32,000 nt of DNA from Delftia acidovorans NBRC 14950 (GTDB taxonomy: Bacteria; Pseudomonadota; Gammaproteobacteria; Burkholderiales; Burkholderiaceae_C): NCBI RefSeq assembly GCF_001598795.1, contig NZ_BCZP01000021.1, forward strand, positions 1 to 32,000, given 5' to 3'. Both the position numbers and the translations under genes were made by a program. This document shows positions 17,226-29,468 of the stretch, in pieces. Position 1 is the stretch's first letter, and every line of letters begins with the position of its first letter. Under the pieces are notes generated by a model. That model ran no database searches. It was not told the DNA's origin and saw nothing but the letters and a program-made list of their open reading frames with translations.

Positions 17226-18677
17226 TCAGAGCGTGCCGGCCTTCTGGCGGGCGATGGCATCGGCCACGCCCTTGCCGTAGGCCGGGTCGGCCTGGGTGCA
17301 GTGCGCTATGTGCTTTTGCACGATGTGCTCGGACACACCGGCGATGTTGCGCGCCGTATTCTCGAACAGGCGCTGCTGCGCATCGGGCGTGAGCAGGCGG
17401 AACAGGTCGCCGGGCTGGGTGAAGTAGTCGGCATCGTCCTCGCGGTAGTTCCAGCGGTCGGCCGCGCCGTGCAGGGCCAGCGGCGGCTCGGCGAAGGCGG
17501 GCTGCTCCTGCCACTCGCCCTTGGTGTTGGGCTCGTAGGCGATGGTGCCGCCGTAGTTGCCGTCCACGCGCATGGCGCCGTCACGGTGGTAGGCGTGGTA
17601 GGGGCAGCGCGGCGCGTTCACGGGGATCTGGTGGTGGTTCACGCCCAGGCGGTAGCGCGCGGCATCGCCATACGAGAACAGGCGCGACTGCAGCATGCGG
17701 TCGGGCGAGGGGCCGATGCCCGGCACCAGGTTGGCCGGCGTGAACGAGGCCTGCTCCACGTCGGCGTGGTAGTTGCGCGGGTTGCGGTTGAGCTCCATCA
17801 CGCCCACTTCGATCAGCGGGTAGTCCTTCTTGCTCCAGACCTTGGTCAGGTCGAAGGGGTGGAAGCGGTAGGTCTCGGCTTCATGCTCGGGCATGATCTG
17901 CACGCACAGCTTCCAGCGCGGGAACTCGCCGCGCTCGATGGCTTCGAGCAGGTCGCGCTGGCTGCTTTCACGGTCGGAGGCGACCACGGCGGCGGCCTCG
18001 GCATCGCCGAAGTTCTCGATGCCCTGCTGGCAGACCCAGTGGAACTTGACCCAGTGGCGCTCGTTGCTGGCGTTGATGAAGCTGTAGGTGTGCGAGCCGA
18101 AGCCGTGCATGTGGCGGTAGCCGCGCGGAATGCCCCGGTCGCTCATGACGATGGTGATCTGGTGCAGGGCCTCGGGCAGGCCGGTCCAGAAGTCCCAGTT
18201 GTTCTCGGGCGAGCGCAGGTTGGTGTAGGGATCGCGCTTGACGGCCTTGTTCAGGTCGGGGAACTTGAGCGGGTCGCGGAAGAAGAACACCGGCGTGTTG
18301 TTGCCCACCAGGTCCCAGTTGCCTTCCTCGGTATAGAGCTTGACGGCGAAGCCGCGGATATCGCGCTCTGCGTCTGCCGCGCCGCGTTCGCCGGCCACGG
18401 TGGAAAAGCGCGCGAACACTTCGGTCTGCTTGCCGATGTCGGAGAACACCTTGGCGCGGGTGTAGCGCGTGATGTCACCCGTCACGGTGAAGGTGCCGAA
18501 GGCGCCCGAGCCCTTGGCGTGCATGCGGCGCTCGGGAATCACTTCGCGGTTGAAGTGGGCCATTTTTTCCAGATGCCACAGGTCCTGCAGCAGCATCGGG
18601 CCACGCGGGCCGGCCGTGAGCGAGTCCTGGTTGTTGGCAACCGGGGCACCTGCGGCGGTGGTGAGCTTGTGGGTCAT
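17226..18677 (-). CDS. katA: Monofunctional haem catalase (small-subunit, clade-3 type)
   Basis: ORF track, 483 aa. Motifs are [20 protein letters not shown] (distal His), [35 protein letters not shown] and [14 protein letters not shown] (proximal Tyr). AAGGAGAGACC lies before the ATG. Confidence 0.97.
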   Translation of the reverse strand: MTHKLTTAAGAPVANNQDSLTAGPRGPMLLQDLWHLEKMAHFNREVIPERRMHAKGSGAFGTFTVTGDITRYTRAKVFSDIGKQTEVFARFSTVAGERGAADAERDIRGFAVKLYTEEGNWDLVGNNTPVFFFRDPLKFPDLNKAVKRDPYTNLRSPENNWDFWTGLPEALHQITIVMSDRGIPRGYRHMHGFGSHTYSFINASNERHWVKFHWVCQQGIENFGDAEAAAVVASDRESSQRDLLEAIERGEFPRWKLCVQIMPEHEAETYRFHPFDLTKVWSKKDYPLIEVGVMELNRNPRNYHADVEQASFTPANLVPGIGPSPDRMLQSRLFSYGDAARYRLGVNHHQIPVNAPRCPYHAYHRDGAMRVDGNYGGTIAYEPNTKGEWQEQPAFAEPPLALHGAADRWNYREDDADYFTQPGDLFRLLTPDAQQRLFENTARNIAGVSEHIVQKHIAHCTQADPAYGKGVADAIARQKAGTL

Positions 18678-18747
18678 GGTCTCTCCTTGATCGAGGGGTG
18701 GTAGCGGCGCCGGCTTGCACGCAGGCAGCGCGGCGCTTGGAAAATCA

Positions 18748-18762
18748 ATAGCTGTGTGCTAT
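18748..18762. promoter_or_regulatory. ATAG-N7-CTAT dyad upstream of the catalase gene (OxyR-like half-operator)
   Basis: ATAGctgtgtgCTAT lies 71-85 bp upstream of the katA ATG in an AT-richer spacer. I could not find a well-phased second half-site. Confidence 0.25.
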
Positions 18763-18941
18763 CGAATTGCTTTTATTGTTGTTTCGTTCTATGGATGCGG
18801 CAAGGCTTTGGCGATTGGCAAATCTCAACTGCGCCATAGCCAAAAAATTTCACCGCCCCCCGCATGCGCCGTGCCGGGCATGCTTTTTGCCAAGGCATTG
18901 TGTTGCGCGGGCGGATACGGCCCGTGTAGGCCGTCGCCCTG

Positions 18942-19490
18942 TCAGCCCGAGACCAGCTTGTGGACCAGGTCGGCGGCCGTGGAGGCGCCGTACTTGCGCA
19001 TCAGCCGTGCGCGGTAGATCTCCACCGTGCGGTGGCTGATGGCCAGGGCGCGGCCGATTTCCTTGGAGGTCAGCCCCTCCAGCAGGCGGGCGGCCACCTC
19101 GCGCTCGCGCCCCGTGAGCTCGGCCTTGACGGGACGGTGGGCGCTGAGGTCCTCGAAGCTCCAGATGCCCGAGGCGTGCGGGTCGCTGCGGTCCAGCGTG
19201 CGGCCCGTGACATGGCACCAGAACGTTTCGCCGTTGGCGCGCTTCATGATGCGGTTGTCCGAGTAGAAACCCCGGGCGTTGAGAATGGGCGCGATGCGCG
19301 CGCCCAGCCGCTCGTACTCGTCGGCGCTGGGGTAGAGGATCTGGAAGGTCTGGCCGATCAGCACCTCGCGCGAGGCCTCGAACATCTCGCAGACCTGGCG
19401 GTTGCAGTCGATCATGGTGCGATTGCGCGAGATCACGAGGCCGACGGGGGCGGCTTCGAACGCCAGCCGGTAATCTATATCCATGGGCAA
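18942..19490 (-). CDS. PAS-domain plus LuxR/FixJ-type HTH transcriptional regulator
   Basis: ORF track, 182 aa. The N-terminal part is PAS-like (FEAAPVGLVISRNRTMIDCNRQVCEMFEASREVLIGQTF...ANGETFWCHVTG). The C-terminal part is LTGREREVAARLLEGLTSKEIGRALAISHRTVEIYRARLMRKYG (GerE/LuxR HTH). Confidence 0.85.
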   Translation of the reverse strand: MPMDIDYRLAFEAAPVGLVISRNRTMIDCNRQVCEMFEASREVLIGQTFQILYPSADEYERLGARIAPILNARGFYSDNRIMKRANGETFWCHVTGRTLDRSDPHASGIWSFEDLSAHRPVKAELTGREREVAARLLEGLTSKEIGRALAISHRTVEIYRARLMRKYGASTAADLVHKLVSG

Positions 19491-19503
19491 ATCTTTACGA
19501 AAA

Positions 19504-19525
19504 ACTACCTATGCAAGTACGTAGT
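19504..19525. promoter_or_regulatory. Imperfect 22-bp dyad in the PAS-LuxR/scoA divergent spacer
   Basis: ACTACCT-N8-ACGTAGT has 7-bp arms with one mismatch and is of lux-box-like size. It lies in the 67-bp AT-rich spacer. Confidence 0.2.
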
Positions 19526-19557
19526 ATCGTAGCGCATCCAATCTGAAGGAGACATGT

Positions 19558-20265
19558 GTGAAAAAGCTCTACCCCTCCGCGGAGCAGGCGCTCCAGGGCG
19601 TCGTGGCCGACGGGCAATTGCTGGCTGTAGGCGGCTTCGGCCTGTGCGGCATTCCCGAGGCCCTGATCGACGCGCTGCGTGACAGCGGCGTCAAGGGCCT
19701 GACGGTGATTTCCAACAACGCGGGCGTGGACGGCTTTGGCCTCGGCAAGCTGCTGGAGACGCGCCAGATCAAGAAGATGATCTCGTCGTATGTGGGCGAG
19801 AACAAGGAGTTCGAGCGCCAGTACCTGGCCGGCGAGCTGGAGCTGGAATTCACGCCCCAGGGCACGCTGGCCGAGAAGCTGCGCGCAGGCGGCGCCGGCA
19901 TTCCCGCCTTCTTCACCAAGACCGGCGTGGGCACCATGGTGGCCGAGGGCAAGGAGCTGCGCGAATTCGACGGCGAGACCTATGTGATGGAGCGCTCGCT
20001 CGTGCCCGATGTCTCCCTGGTCAAGGCCCACCGTGCCGACAAGAGCGGCAACCTGCAGTTCCGCCTGACGGCGCGCAACTTCAACCCTGCCGCAGCCACG
20101 GCCGGCAAGGTCTGCATCGTGGAAGTGGAAGAGGTGGTCGAGGTCGGCGAGATCGCACCGGACGACATCCACCTGCCCGGCATCTACGTGCACCGCATCG
20201 TGCACAACCCGAATCCCGAAAAGCGCATCGAAAAGCGCACCATCACAGAAAAACAAGGAGCCTGA
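19558..20265 (+). CDS. scoA: 3-oxoacid (succinyl-CoA:acetoacetate) CoA-transferase subunit A
   Basis: ORF track, 235 aa. GTG start with GGAGACA at 19548-19554. The N-terminus [40 protein letters not shown] is typical for the family. Confidence 0.93.
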   Translation: MKKLYPSAEQALQGVVADGQLLAVGGFGLCGIPEALIDALRDSGVKGLTVISNNAGVDGFGLGKLLETRQIKKMISSYVGENKEFERQYLAGELELEFTPQGTLAEKLRAGGAGIPAFFTKTGVGTMVAEGKELREFDGETYVMERSLVPDVSLVKAHRADKSGNLQFRLTARNFNPAAATAGKVCIVEVEEVVEVGEIAPDDIHLPGIYVHRIVHNPNPEKRIEKRTITEKQGA

Positions 20266-20267
20266 CC

Positions 20268-20906
20268 ATGCCGTGGACCCAAGACCAGATGGCCGCCCGC
20301 GCGGCCCAAGAACTCGAAGACGGCTTCTACGTCAACCTGGGCATCGGCATTCCCACCCTGGTGGCCAACCACACGGGTGACAAGGAAGTGTGGCTGCAGT
20401 CCGAGAACGGCATGCTGGGCATCGGCCCCTTCCCGACCGAGGATGCCGTGGACGCCGACCTGATCAACGCCGGCAAGCAGACAGTGACGACGATTGCCGG
20501 CTCGTCCATCTTCGGCAGCGACCAGTCGTTCGCCATGATCCGCGGCGGCAAGATCAACCTGTCCATCCTGGGCGCCATGCAGGTGTCCGAGAAGGGCGAC
20601 CTGGCCAACTGGATGATTCCCGGCAAGATGGTCAAGGGCATGGGCGGCGCCATGGACCTGGTGGCGGGCGTCAAGCGCGTCATCGTGCTCATGGAACATG
20701 TGGCAAAGAAGAAGGACGGCACGACCGACCTCAAAATTCTTCCCGCCTGCACTCTGCCTTTGACCGGCGTGGGCGTGGTGGACCGTATCATCACCGACCT
20801 GGGAGTGATGGACGTGACGCCGCAGGGCCTGAAGCTCGTGGAACTGGCCCCCGAAGTGAGCTTCGAGGACATCCAGTCCAAGACCGGCGTGACGCTGATT
20901 CGCTGA
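20268..20906 (+). CDS. scoB: 3-oxoacid CoA-transferase subunit B
   Basis: ORF track, 212 aa, 2 nt after the scoA stop. Motifs are [13 protein letters not shown] and [14 protein letters not shown] (active-site Glu motif SENG). Confidence 0.93.
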   Translation: MPWTQDQMAARAAQELEDGFYVNLGIGIPTLVANHTGDKEVWLQSENGMLGIGPFPTEDAVDADLINAGKQTVTTIAGSSIFGSDQSFAMIRGGKINLSILGAMQVSEKGDLANWMIPGKMVKGMGGAMDLVAGVKRVIVLMEHVAKKKDGTTDLKILPACTLPLTGVGVVDRIITDLGVMDVTPQGLKLVELAPEVSFEDIQSKTGVTLIR

Positions 20907-20946
20907 TGTTGCCGTGCACGGCCTGCCTTGGCAGGCCTGCGCAACG

Positions 20947-20973
20947 AGAGCCCGCCTTGCGCGGGCTCTTTTG
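20947..20973 (+). terminator. Rho-independent terminator after scoB
   Basis: AGAGCCCGC-cttgc-GCGGGCTCT is followed by TTTTGC. It is preceded by a second hairpin, GGCCTGCC-tt-GGCAGGCC, at 20920-20937. Confidence 0.7.
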
Positions 20974-21008
20974 CTTATATTTCAGATTTCGAGCCAATGG
21001 GAGCCTCT

Positions 21009-22373
21009 ATGACGGATGTCGCGGCCGTGCGCAATCCACCGACAGCGCAGGGATGGAAGGACGAGGGCGTGCATTTCCTGCGCGCCGTCACCGACATGGC
21101 CGAGCATTGCAACGTGGTCACCGGCGAGCCCATCTTCAACGACAAGGGCGTCAAGCTCGTGGACAAGGGTGCGCGCATCGACGGCAACATGTACGAGCGC
21201 CTGGTCAAGCACAAGCTGCGCGACCCCATCGACAAGCACCTGGGCGTGGACAACCGCGTGGACGTGCTGGCCATCGAGGCCCAGGCCATGGTGCAGTGCG
21301 AAACCGTGGACCTGATGCGCCGCCTGGTGCAGTCGCTGGGCGGCACGGACCGGCTGCTGGCGCCGCTGCGCCTGATGGTGCTGCCGCCGCAGATCGCCTT
21401 CAAGCTCACGGTCATGCGCGAGCAGCGGCCCGAGCTGTTCGCCCACAGCCTGCAGATGATGCTGGTGGCCGTCTACCTGGCGCTGCAAAGCGAATGGAGC
21501 GAGCGTGAATGCGGCCCCCTGGCCACGGCGGCCCTGCTGCACGATGTGGGCATGCTCTACATGGACCCGGCCTGGACCGACCCCAACTACCGGCTCACGG
21601 GCGCCGAGCGCAAGCACCTGGTGGCGCACTCGGTCACGGGCATGCTCATCATGCGTGGCGCGGGCGCGTATTCGCAGGACGTGGAAATGGCCGTGCTCGA
21701 GCACCACGAGCGAATGGACGGCACGGGCTATCCGCGCGGCGTGCATGGCGAAGCCATCTCCAAAATGGGCCGTATCCTGTTGCTGGCCGAGGTGGTCTCG
21801 GCCTTCTTCGACAAATTCCAGGACCTGCCCGGCCAGCGCCTGTCGCTGATGCTGCGCATGAACCACCGCCGCTATCCGGCCGATCTGGTCGGCATCCTGC
21901 TGCCGCTGCTGTACGACGAGATCTCGCCGGGCACGCCCCTGCCGCCGCTGCAGGCCGAGGTCACGCACAGCGTGGCAGCGCTGTCGGCCGCCTTCCAGAT
22001 GTGGGACACGTTCAGCCAGGCCTTTCCCGAGCGCTGGCAGGCCATGCCCGACCACCAGGCGGCCGTCTACATCGACTCCAGCATCGGCGGCCTGAAAAAG
22101 CAGCTGGCCGAGGCCGGCCTGCATCCCAGCCAGCAAACCGACCTGCTGGCCTACCTCAAGGACGACGTGCAGGGCATGAGCGAGCTGGCCCTGCTCAGCC
22201 GCGAGGCGCTGTGGCAACTGCAGGCCATCGTCAACGCCTGCCTGCGCCGCTGGCCCGCCATCAATGCCCGCACCCACGCCGTGGACACAGCGGTCGCGCA
22301 ATGGTGCGAAGCCTGCATGCAGATCGACGCCACGCCCCCAGCGGGCGGCGCAGCGAGAGCGCCAGCGCACTGA
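21009..22373 (+). CDS. HD-GYP domain protein (predicted cyclic-dinucleotide phosphodiesterase) with uncharacterised N- and C-terminal regions
   Basis: Frame of ORF track 20928..22373. ATG 21009 has GGGAG 5 nt upstream; the alternative is 20997. HD-GYP signature: AALLHDVGMLYMD ... VLEHHERMDGTGYPRG. Confidence 0.85.
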   Translation: MTDVAAVRNPPTAQGWKDEGVHFLRAVTDMAEHCNVVTGEPIFNDKGVKLVDKGARIDGNMYERLVKHKLRDPIDKHLGVDNRVDVLAIEAQAMVQCETVDLMRRLVQSLGGTDRLLAPLRLMVLPPQIAFKLTVMREQRPELFAHSLQMMLVAVYLALQSEWSERECGPLATAALLHDVGMLYMDPAWTDPNYRLTGAERKHLVAHSVTGMLIMRGAGAYSQDVEMAVLEHHERMDGTGYPRGVHGEAISKMGRILLLAEVVSAFFDKFQDLPGQRLSLMLRMNHRRYPADLVGILLPLLYDEISPGTPLPPLQAEVTHSVAALSAAFQMWDTFSQAFPERWQAMPDHQAAVYIDSSIGGLKKQLAEAGLHPSQQTDLLAYLKDDVQGMSELALLSREALWQLQAIVNACLRRWPAINARTHAVDTAVAQWCEACMQIDATPPAGGAARAPAH

Positions 22374-22376
22374 GAC

Positions 22377-22399
22377 AGCCGGGCTTGCCCGGCTTTTTT
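22377..22399 (+). terminator. Rho-independent terminator after the HD-GYP gene
   Basis: AGCCGGG-cttg-CCCGGCT is followed by TTTTTT. Confidence 0.8.
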
Positions 22400-22428
22400 A
22401 CATCCGTGGATCTCTCGGAAATCAAGAG

Positions 22429-22448
22429 TGCTGTATATTCATACAGTA
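22429..22448. promoter_or_regulatory. LexA (SOS) box, CTGT-N8-ACAG type
   Basis: tgCTGTatattcatACAGta has its core at 22431-22446, 18 nt upstream of the imuA ATG. An embedded TATATT is a plausible -10 element. Confidence 0.85.
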
Positions 22449-22463
22449 TTTAAGATTTTCCCC

Positions 22464-23336
22464 ATGACCACGCCCTACGCCTCCCAACCTGCGCAGCCCG
22501 CCCCCATGGCGGGCGCGGCGCGTGTGCTGCCTCAGTTGCAGGGCGTGTGGCGTGGCGATGGCTGGCAGCAGGCGCTGCAGCAGCGGGTCCAGCCTTCGGG
22601 CCATGCGCTGCTGGATGCGCAATTGCCAGGCGGGGGCTGGCCGCTGGGTGCCATGGTCGAGCTGCTGCAACCCGCCCATGGCCATGCCGAGTGGCCGCTG
22701 CTGCTGCCGGGCCTGGCGGCCCTGATGCAGCGCAGCGCGGGCCAGGTGGTGCTGGTGGCGCCGCCTTGCAGGCCTTTTGCACCGGGACTGGAAGCGGCGG
22801 GCGTGGCGGCGCACCGGCTGTGCTGCGTGGAGGCCGACACCCACCCCGGCGCCCACCCGGCAGGCGATGGGGCAGGGCTGGCCTGGGTCTGTGAGCAGGC
22901 ACTGCGCTGCCGCGACGTGCTGGCCGTGCTGGCCTGGCTGCCAGCCGGTCTGCCCATGGCCACGCTGCGCCGGCTGCAATGGGCGGCCGCTGCGCAGGGG
23001 CGCATTCTGTGGCTGTGGCGCGAGGCCTCGGCCGCCCTGCAGACGGTGGCCTCGCCCGCGCCGCTGCGGCTGCGCGTGGAGACAGAGTTGGGGGAGCCGG
23101 GCGAAGGCGGCACGCCAGCCTGCCTGCGCGTGCAGTTGCTCAAGCGCCGGGGGCCTGCGCTGCAGCATCCCTTGAAGCTGCCGCTGCACCACTGGGCCTG
23201 GCAGGACGTGCTGCAGGCCCAGGCCCAGCGGCGCACCCGGCAGGCGGACGAGGCGCAGCGCTGGCTTCATGGACACGGGCAACTGCTGCCCGCCGAGGCG
23301 CCCGCCCTGCAAGCGGCGGCGCACACCCTGGGGTGA
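22464..23336 (+). CDS. imuA: ImuA, the RecA/SulA-like component of the SOS mutagenesis cassette
   Basis: Frame of ORF track 22428..23336; ATG 22464. The block GVWRGDG...ALLDAQLPGGGWPLGAMVELLQPAHGHAEWPLLLPGLAAL matches the usual ImuA motif. Its position between a LexA box and imuB-dnaE2 supports the call. Confidence 0.8.
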   Translation: MTTPYASQPAQPAPMAGAARVLPQLQGVWRGDGWQQALQQRVQPSGHALLDAQLPGGGWPLGAMVELLQPAHGHAEWPLLLPGLAALMQRSAGQVVLVAPPCRPFAPGLEAAGVAAHRLCCVEADTHPGAHPAGDGAGLAWVCEQALRCRDVLAVLAWLPAGLPMATLRRLQWAAAAQGRILWLWREASAALQTVASPAPLRLRVETELGEPGEGGTPACLRVQLLKRRGPALQHPLKLPLHHWAWQDVLQAQAQRRTRQADEAQRWLHGHGQLLPAEAPALQAAAHTLG

Positions 23337-23342
23337 GATGCC

Positions 23343-24843
23343 ATGGCACAGCCGAATCAAGCACTGCACTGGATTGCCTGGCCGCTGCATGTCGCGCAGG
23401 GCGATGGCCAGGGCAACGGCGACAGTGATGGCGAACGCAGTGCCTGCGCGCAGCAGGCCTGGTGGGCCCTGCGCTGGACGCCGCGCGTGGCTCTCTGGTA
23501 CGGGGCAGGGCAGGCCGTGGCGTTGATGGAGGTGGGCAGCGTGGAGCGCCTGTGGGGCGGTCGCCAGGCCATGCTGCTGGGCCTGCTGCGCGCGCTGCGC
23601 GAACAGCAGCCCGAGGGCGGCCAGGCGGGCGGCCCCCGGATGCCGTTCTGGGCCCGGGGCGCCACGGCATGGCAGGCGCTGGCGCGTCTGCGCTGGCGCA
23701 TGCAGGGTACGGATTCGCGCCAGCCCTGGCCGCCTGCCGACGCACTGCCCATCTGGACACTGCCCGCACTGGAGCCGCATGCGCCGGCCCTGGAGCGCAT
23801 GGGCTGCCGCCGCTGGGGCGAGCTGCGCGCCCTGCCGCGCGCGGGCCTGGCGCGGCGCATCGGGCTGCCGGCGCTGCTGGCGCTGGACCAGGCCTATGGC
23901 AGCAGCCCCCATGCGCTGGACTGGCTGGAGCTGCCCGAGCACTTTGCATTGCGCGCCGACCTGGGCTATCCGGCCAGCGACGCCCAGGCCCTGCTGCAGG
24001 CCGCCCGGCCCCTGCTGCGTGCGCTGCAGGCCTGGCTGCAGGCCCGCCACCAGGGTGTGCTGGGCCTGCAGCTGCGCTGGCACCACGATCTGCGGCGCGT
24101 GGACGGCACGCAGCTGCCGGCCTGGGAAGCGCTGGACATCCGCACGGCCCGGCCCGCCCAGGCGCTGGAGCACATGGAGCGCCTGCTGCGCGAACGCCTG
24201 GCCCGCACGCCGTGGCGCGCGCCTGCGGACATGCTGGAGCTGGTGGCGCTGGACACCGCGCCTTTCGCGGCCGATGCCGGCAGTTGCCTGCCACCGGCCG
24301 CGCCCGGCCCGGCGCCGCTGGGCGAGACGGCAGGCGCGACAGATGGGGCAGGCGCGGCCAGCGGCATGGCCTGGCATGAATGGGTGGAGCGCGTCTCGGC
24401 TCGCCGTGGTGCGCAGGGCGTGCGGGTGGCGCAGCTGCAATCGGACCACCGGCCCGAGGCCATGCAGCGCTGGACCCCTGCCTGCGAGGCCCTGCAGACC
24501 CCGCAGGCACCGCGGCGGCCCGCGCATGCGCGCAAGGCGGCCAACCCCTGGCAGGACCTGCTGCCGCCCTGGCTGCTCGATCCGCCCCAGCCTCTGCTCC
24601 TGCAGGGCAGCCGCCCCTGCTGGCAGGGGCCACTGCAATTGCTGGCCGGCCCCTATCGGCTGGAGGCCGGCTGGTGGGGAGAGCCGCAGGCCGATGCGGC
24701 GCTGGCCGTGCGTGACTATTTCGTGGCCAGCAACGCGGCTGTCGGCCATGTCTGGATCTACCGCGAGCGCGCGCCTGCATCGGAGCGGTTGCCAGGCATG
24801 CCGGCCCTGTTGACGCCCGCCGCCTGGTTTGCGCAAGGCATCT

Positions 24844-24851
<8 letters not shown>
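23343..24851 (+). CDS. imuB: ImuB, Y-family-polymerase-like (catalytically inactive type) protein
   Basis: ORF track, 502 aa, starting 7 nt after the imuA stop and overlapping the dnaE2 start by 8 nt. Assignment rests mainly on conserved cassette position and size, plus the N-terminal LHWIAWPL...ALMEV...ERLWGG pattern. Confidence 0.75.
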
Positions 24852-28230
<3,379 letters not shown>

Positions 28231-28259
28231 GGGCTGTTGCCGTTGCTGCCGCTGCAGGC

Positions 28260-28754
28260 TCAGGCCATGCGGCCGTCCGCGCGGATGTCGGGCATCTGGT
28301 CGATACGCTTGCCGAACCAGCCTATGCGCTCGGTCTGGCGCACATCCAGCCTGGGCACGTAGGGCTTGATGTCGAGCACGGGCGTGCCGTCCAGCATGTC
28401 ATTGCCCAGGAAATGCAGCAGCAGTCCTTCGCGCCGCACCAGGCGCACGATGGACAGGCCCAGCCGGTTGGGCCGCGCCGGGGCGCGCGTGGCGAACACG
28501 CCGTGGCTGCTGTCGTCCATGAAGGGCACGACTTCCAGCTTTTCCACGGCCTGGTGCAGGTGGGTGATGAGGATCAGGTAGTCAAAGCCTTCGATGTCGC
28601 GCAGCCCGGCCTCGAACTCGGGCAGCAGCTCCACGCGGCCGGCCTCGTCGGCCGCGCCCGCCGTCTGTATGGGCATGCCCACCGGGTCGGTGAAGCGGCT
28701 GCGCACATGGCCGATGGGGCGGCAGCCTATGGCTTGCGTGGCGGCATCGCTCAT
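28260..28754 (-). CDS. TsaA/TrmO (YaeB, UPF0066) family SAM-binding beta-barrel protein, short single-domain form
   Basis: ORF track, 164 aa. Motifs are IGHVRSRF, VELLPEFEAGLRDIEGFDYLILITHLH, GVFATRAPARPNRLGLSIVRL and DMLDGTPVLDIKPYVP. E. coli TrmO is about 235 aa as I recall, so the C-terminal domain appears absent. Confidence 0.85.
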   Translation of the reverse strand: MSDAATQAIGCRPIGHVRSRFTDPVGMPIQTAGAADEAGRVELLPEFEAGLRDIEGFDYLILITHLHQAVEKLEVVPFMDDSSHGVFATRAPARPNRLGLSIVRLVRREGLLLHFLGNDMLDGTPVLDIKPYVPRLDVRQTERIGWFGKRIDQMPDIRADGRMA

Positions 28755-29116
28755 GCGCTGGCGGTGCCCTGGGGATTGAGCAGGCGTGTCAGCGCGGCGA
28801 TATCGGCCGCCGCCGCCATGCGCGCCGTGGTCTCTATGGAGCGGTAATGCCTGACGATGGCTTCGCCTGTGGAGGTGAGCGAGGCGCCGCCGCCATGGGC
28901 GCCGCCGGCGCTGGTGTTGACGGCCGGCGTCTGCAGCGCGCGGTTCATCTCGTCGACCAGCACCCAGGCGCGCCGGTAGGACATGCCCAGCGATCGCGCT
29001 GCAGCCGAGATGGAGCCCGCCTCGGCAATGGCTTCGAGCAACTGCACCTTGCCGGGACCGATGGCAATGGTGCTGTCGTTGTATACGCGCAGGCGGAACT
29101 GGACTTTGGAGGACAT
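28751..29116 (-). CDS. ModE-N-terminal-like winged-helix regulator (no molybdate-binding Mop/TOBE domains)
   Basis: Frame of ORF track 28751..29170, trimmed to ATG 29116. The start is MSSKVQFRLRVYNDSTIAIGPGKVQLLEAIAEAGSISAAARSLGMSYRRAWVLVDEMN. The stop overlaps the downstream start as ATGA. 121 aa. Confidence 0.8.
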   Translation of the reverse strand: MSSKVQFRLRVYNDSTIAIGPGKVQLLEAIAEAGSISAAARSLGMSYRRAWVLVDEMNRALQTPAVNTSAGGAHGGGASLTSTGEAIVRHYRSIETTARMAAAADIAALTRLLNPQGTASA

Positions 29117-29468
29117 GGGGAAAGGACTTGGCACAGGAGAAAAGCGAACGTCAAGGTTAAGCGAAATCAACGGCTTGCGCCGTCGCAGGGGCTAAGGGGA
29201 AATACGCAATGCATGGATCGCTACAGCGAAGGGGTGCTCTGGCAGGGCGTTCCTGCAAACGGGCCGTCGGGGCCGGCGCGCTGGCGCTGCCGCCAGGGCG
29301 CCCGCTGCCTGCGCATCGTCTGCGAGTGCATTGGCGAGGCTCTTGACCTGCCGGCGCCGCGTCTCGATGCCTGTGTGCTGCGGCGCTATTTCGTCACATT
29401 GCCACCGGGTTTGCTAGCCTTTTTGCGCCAATGCAGCGCGGCGCTTGCCGCGCATCCTGGCCACGCGT

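Noticed and set aside
18850-18905. GCATGC...GCATGC stem flanked by an A-run and a T-run, considered as a terminator for the PAS-LuxR gene.
   Set aside because: The stem is only 6 bp with a 10-nt loop. On the minus-strand transcript the U-run is not adjacent to the stem. This is too weak to call.
28260-29116. Two small overlapping minus-strand genes (121 aa and 164 aa, ATGA overlap) that superficially resemble a toxin-antitoxin pair.
   Set aside because: Both products have clear non-TA family signatures: a ModE-type wHTH and a TsaA/TrmO beta-barrel with DGTPVLDIKPY. The sizes are also larger than typical type II modules. It is kept as a finding for a different reason.
29117-29468. Moco, SAM or SAH riboswitch in the long leader of the ModE-like/TrmO-like pair.
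   Set aside because: Only short, ambiguous resemblances to remembered consensus fragments (for example GAGCCUCGCC and CUGCGACGGCGC). I cannot reconstruct the required conserved helices by eye. This needs a covariance-model scan, so it is not claimed.
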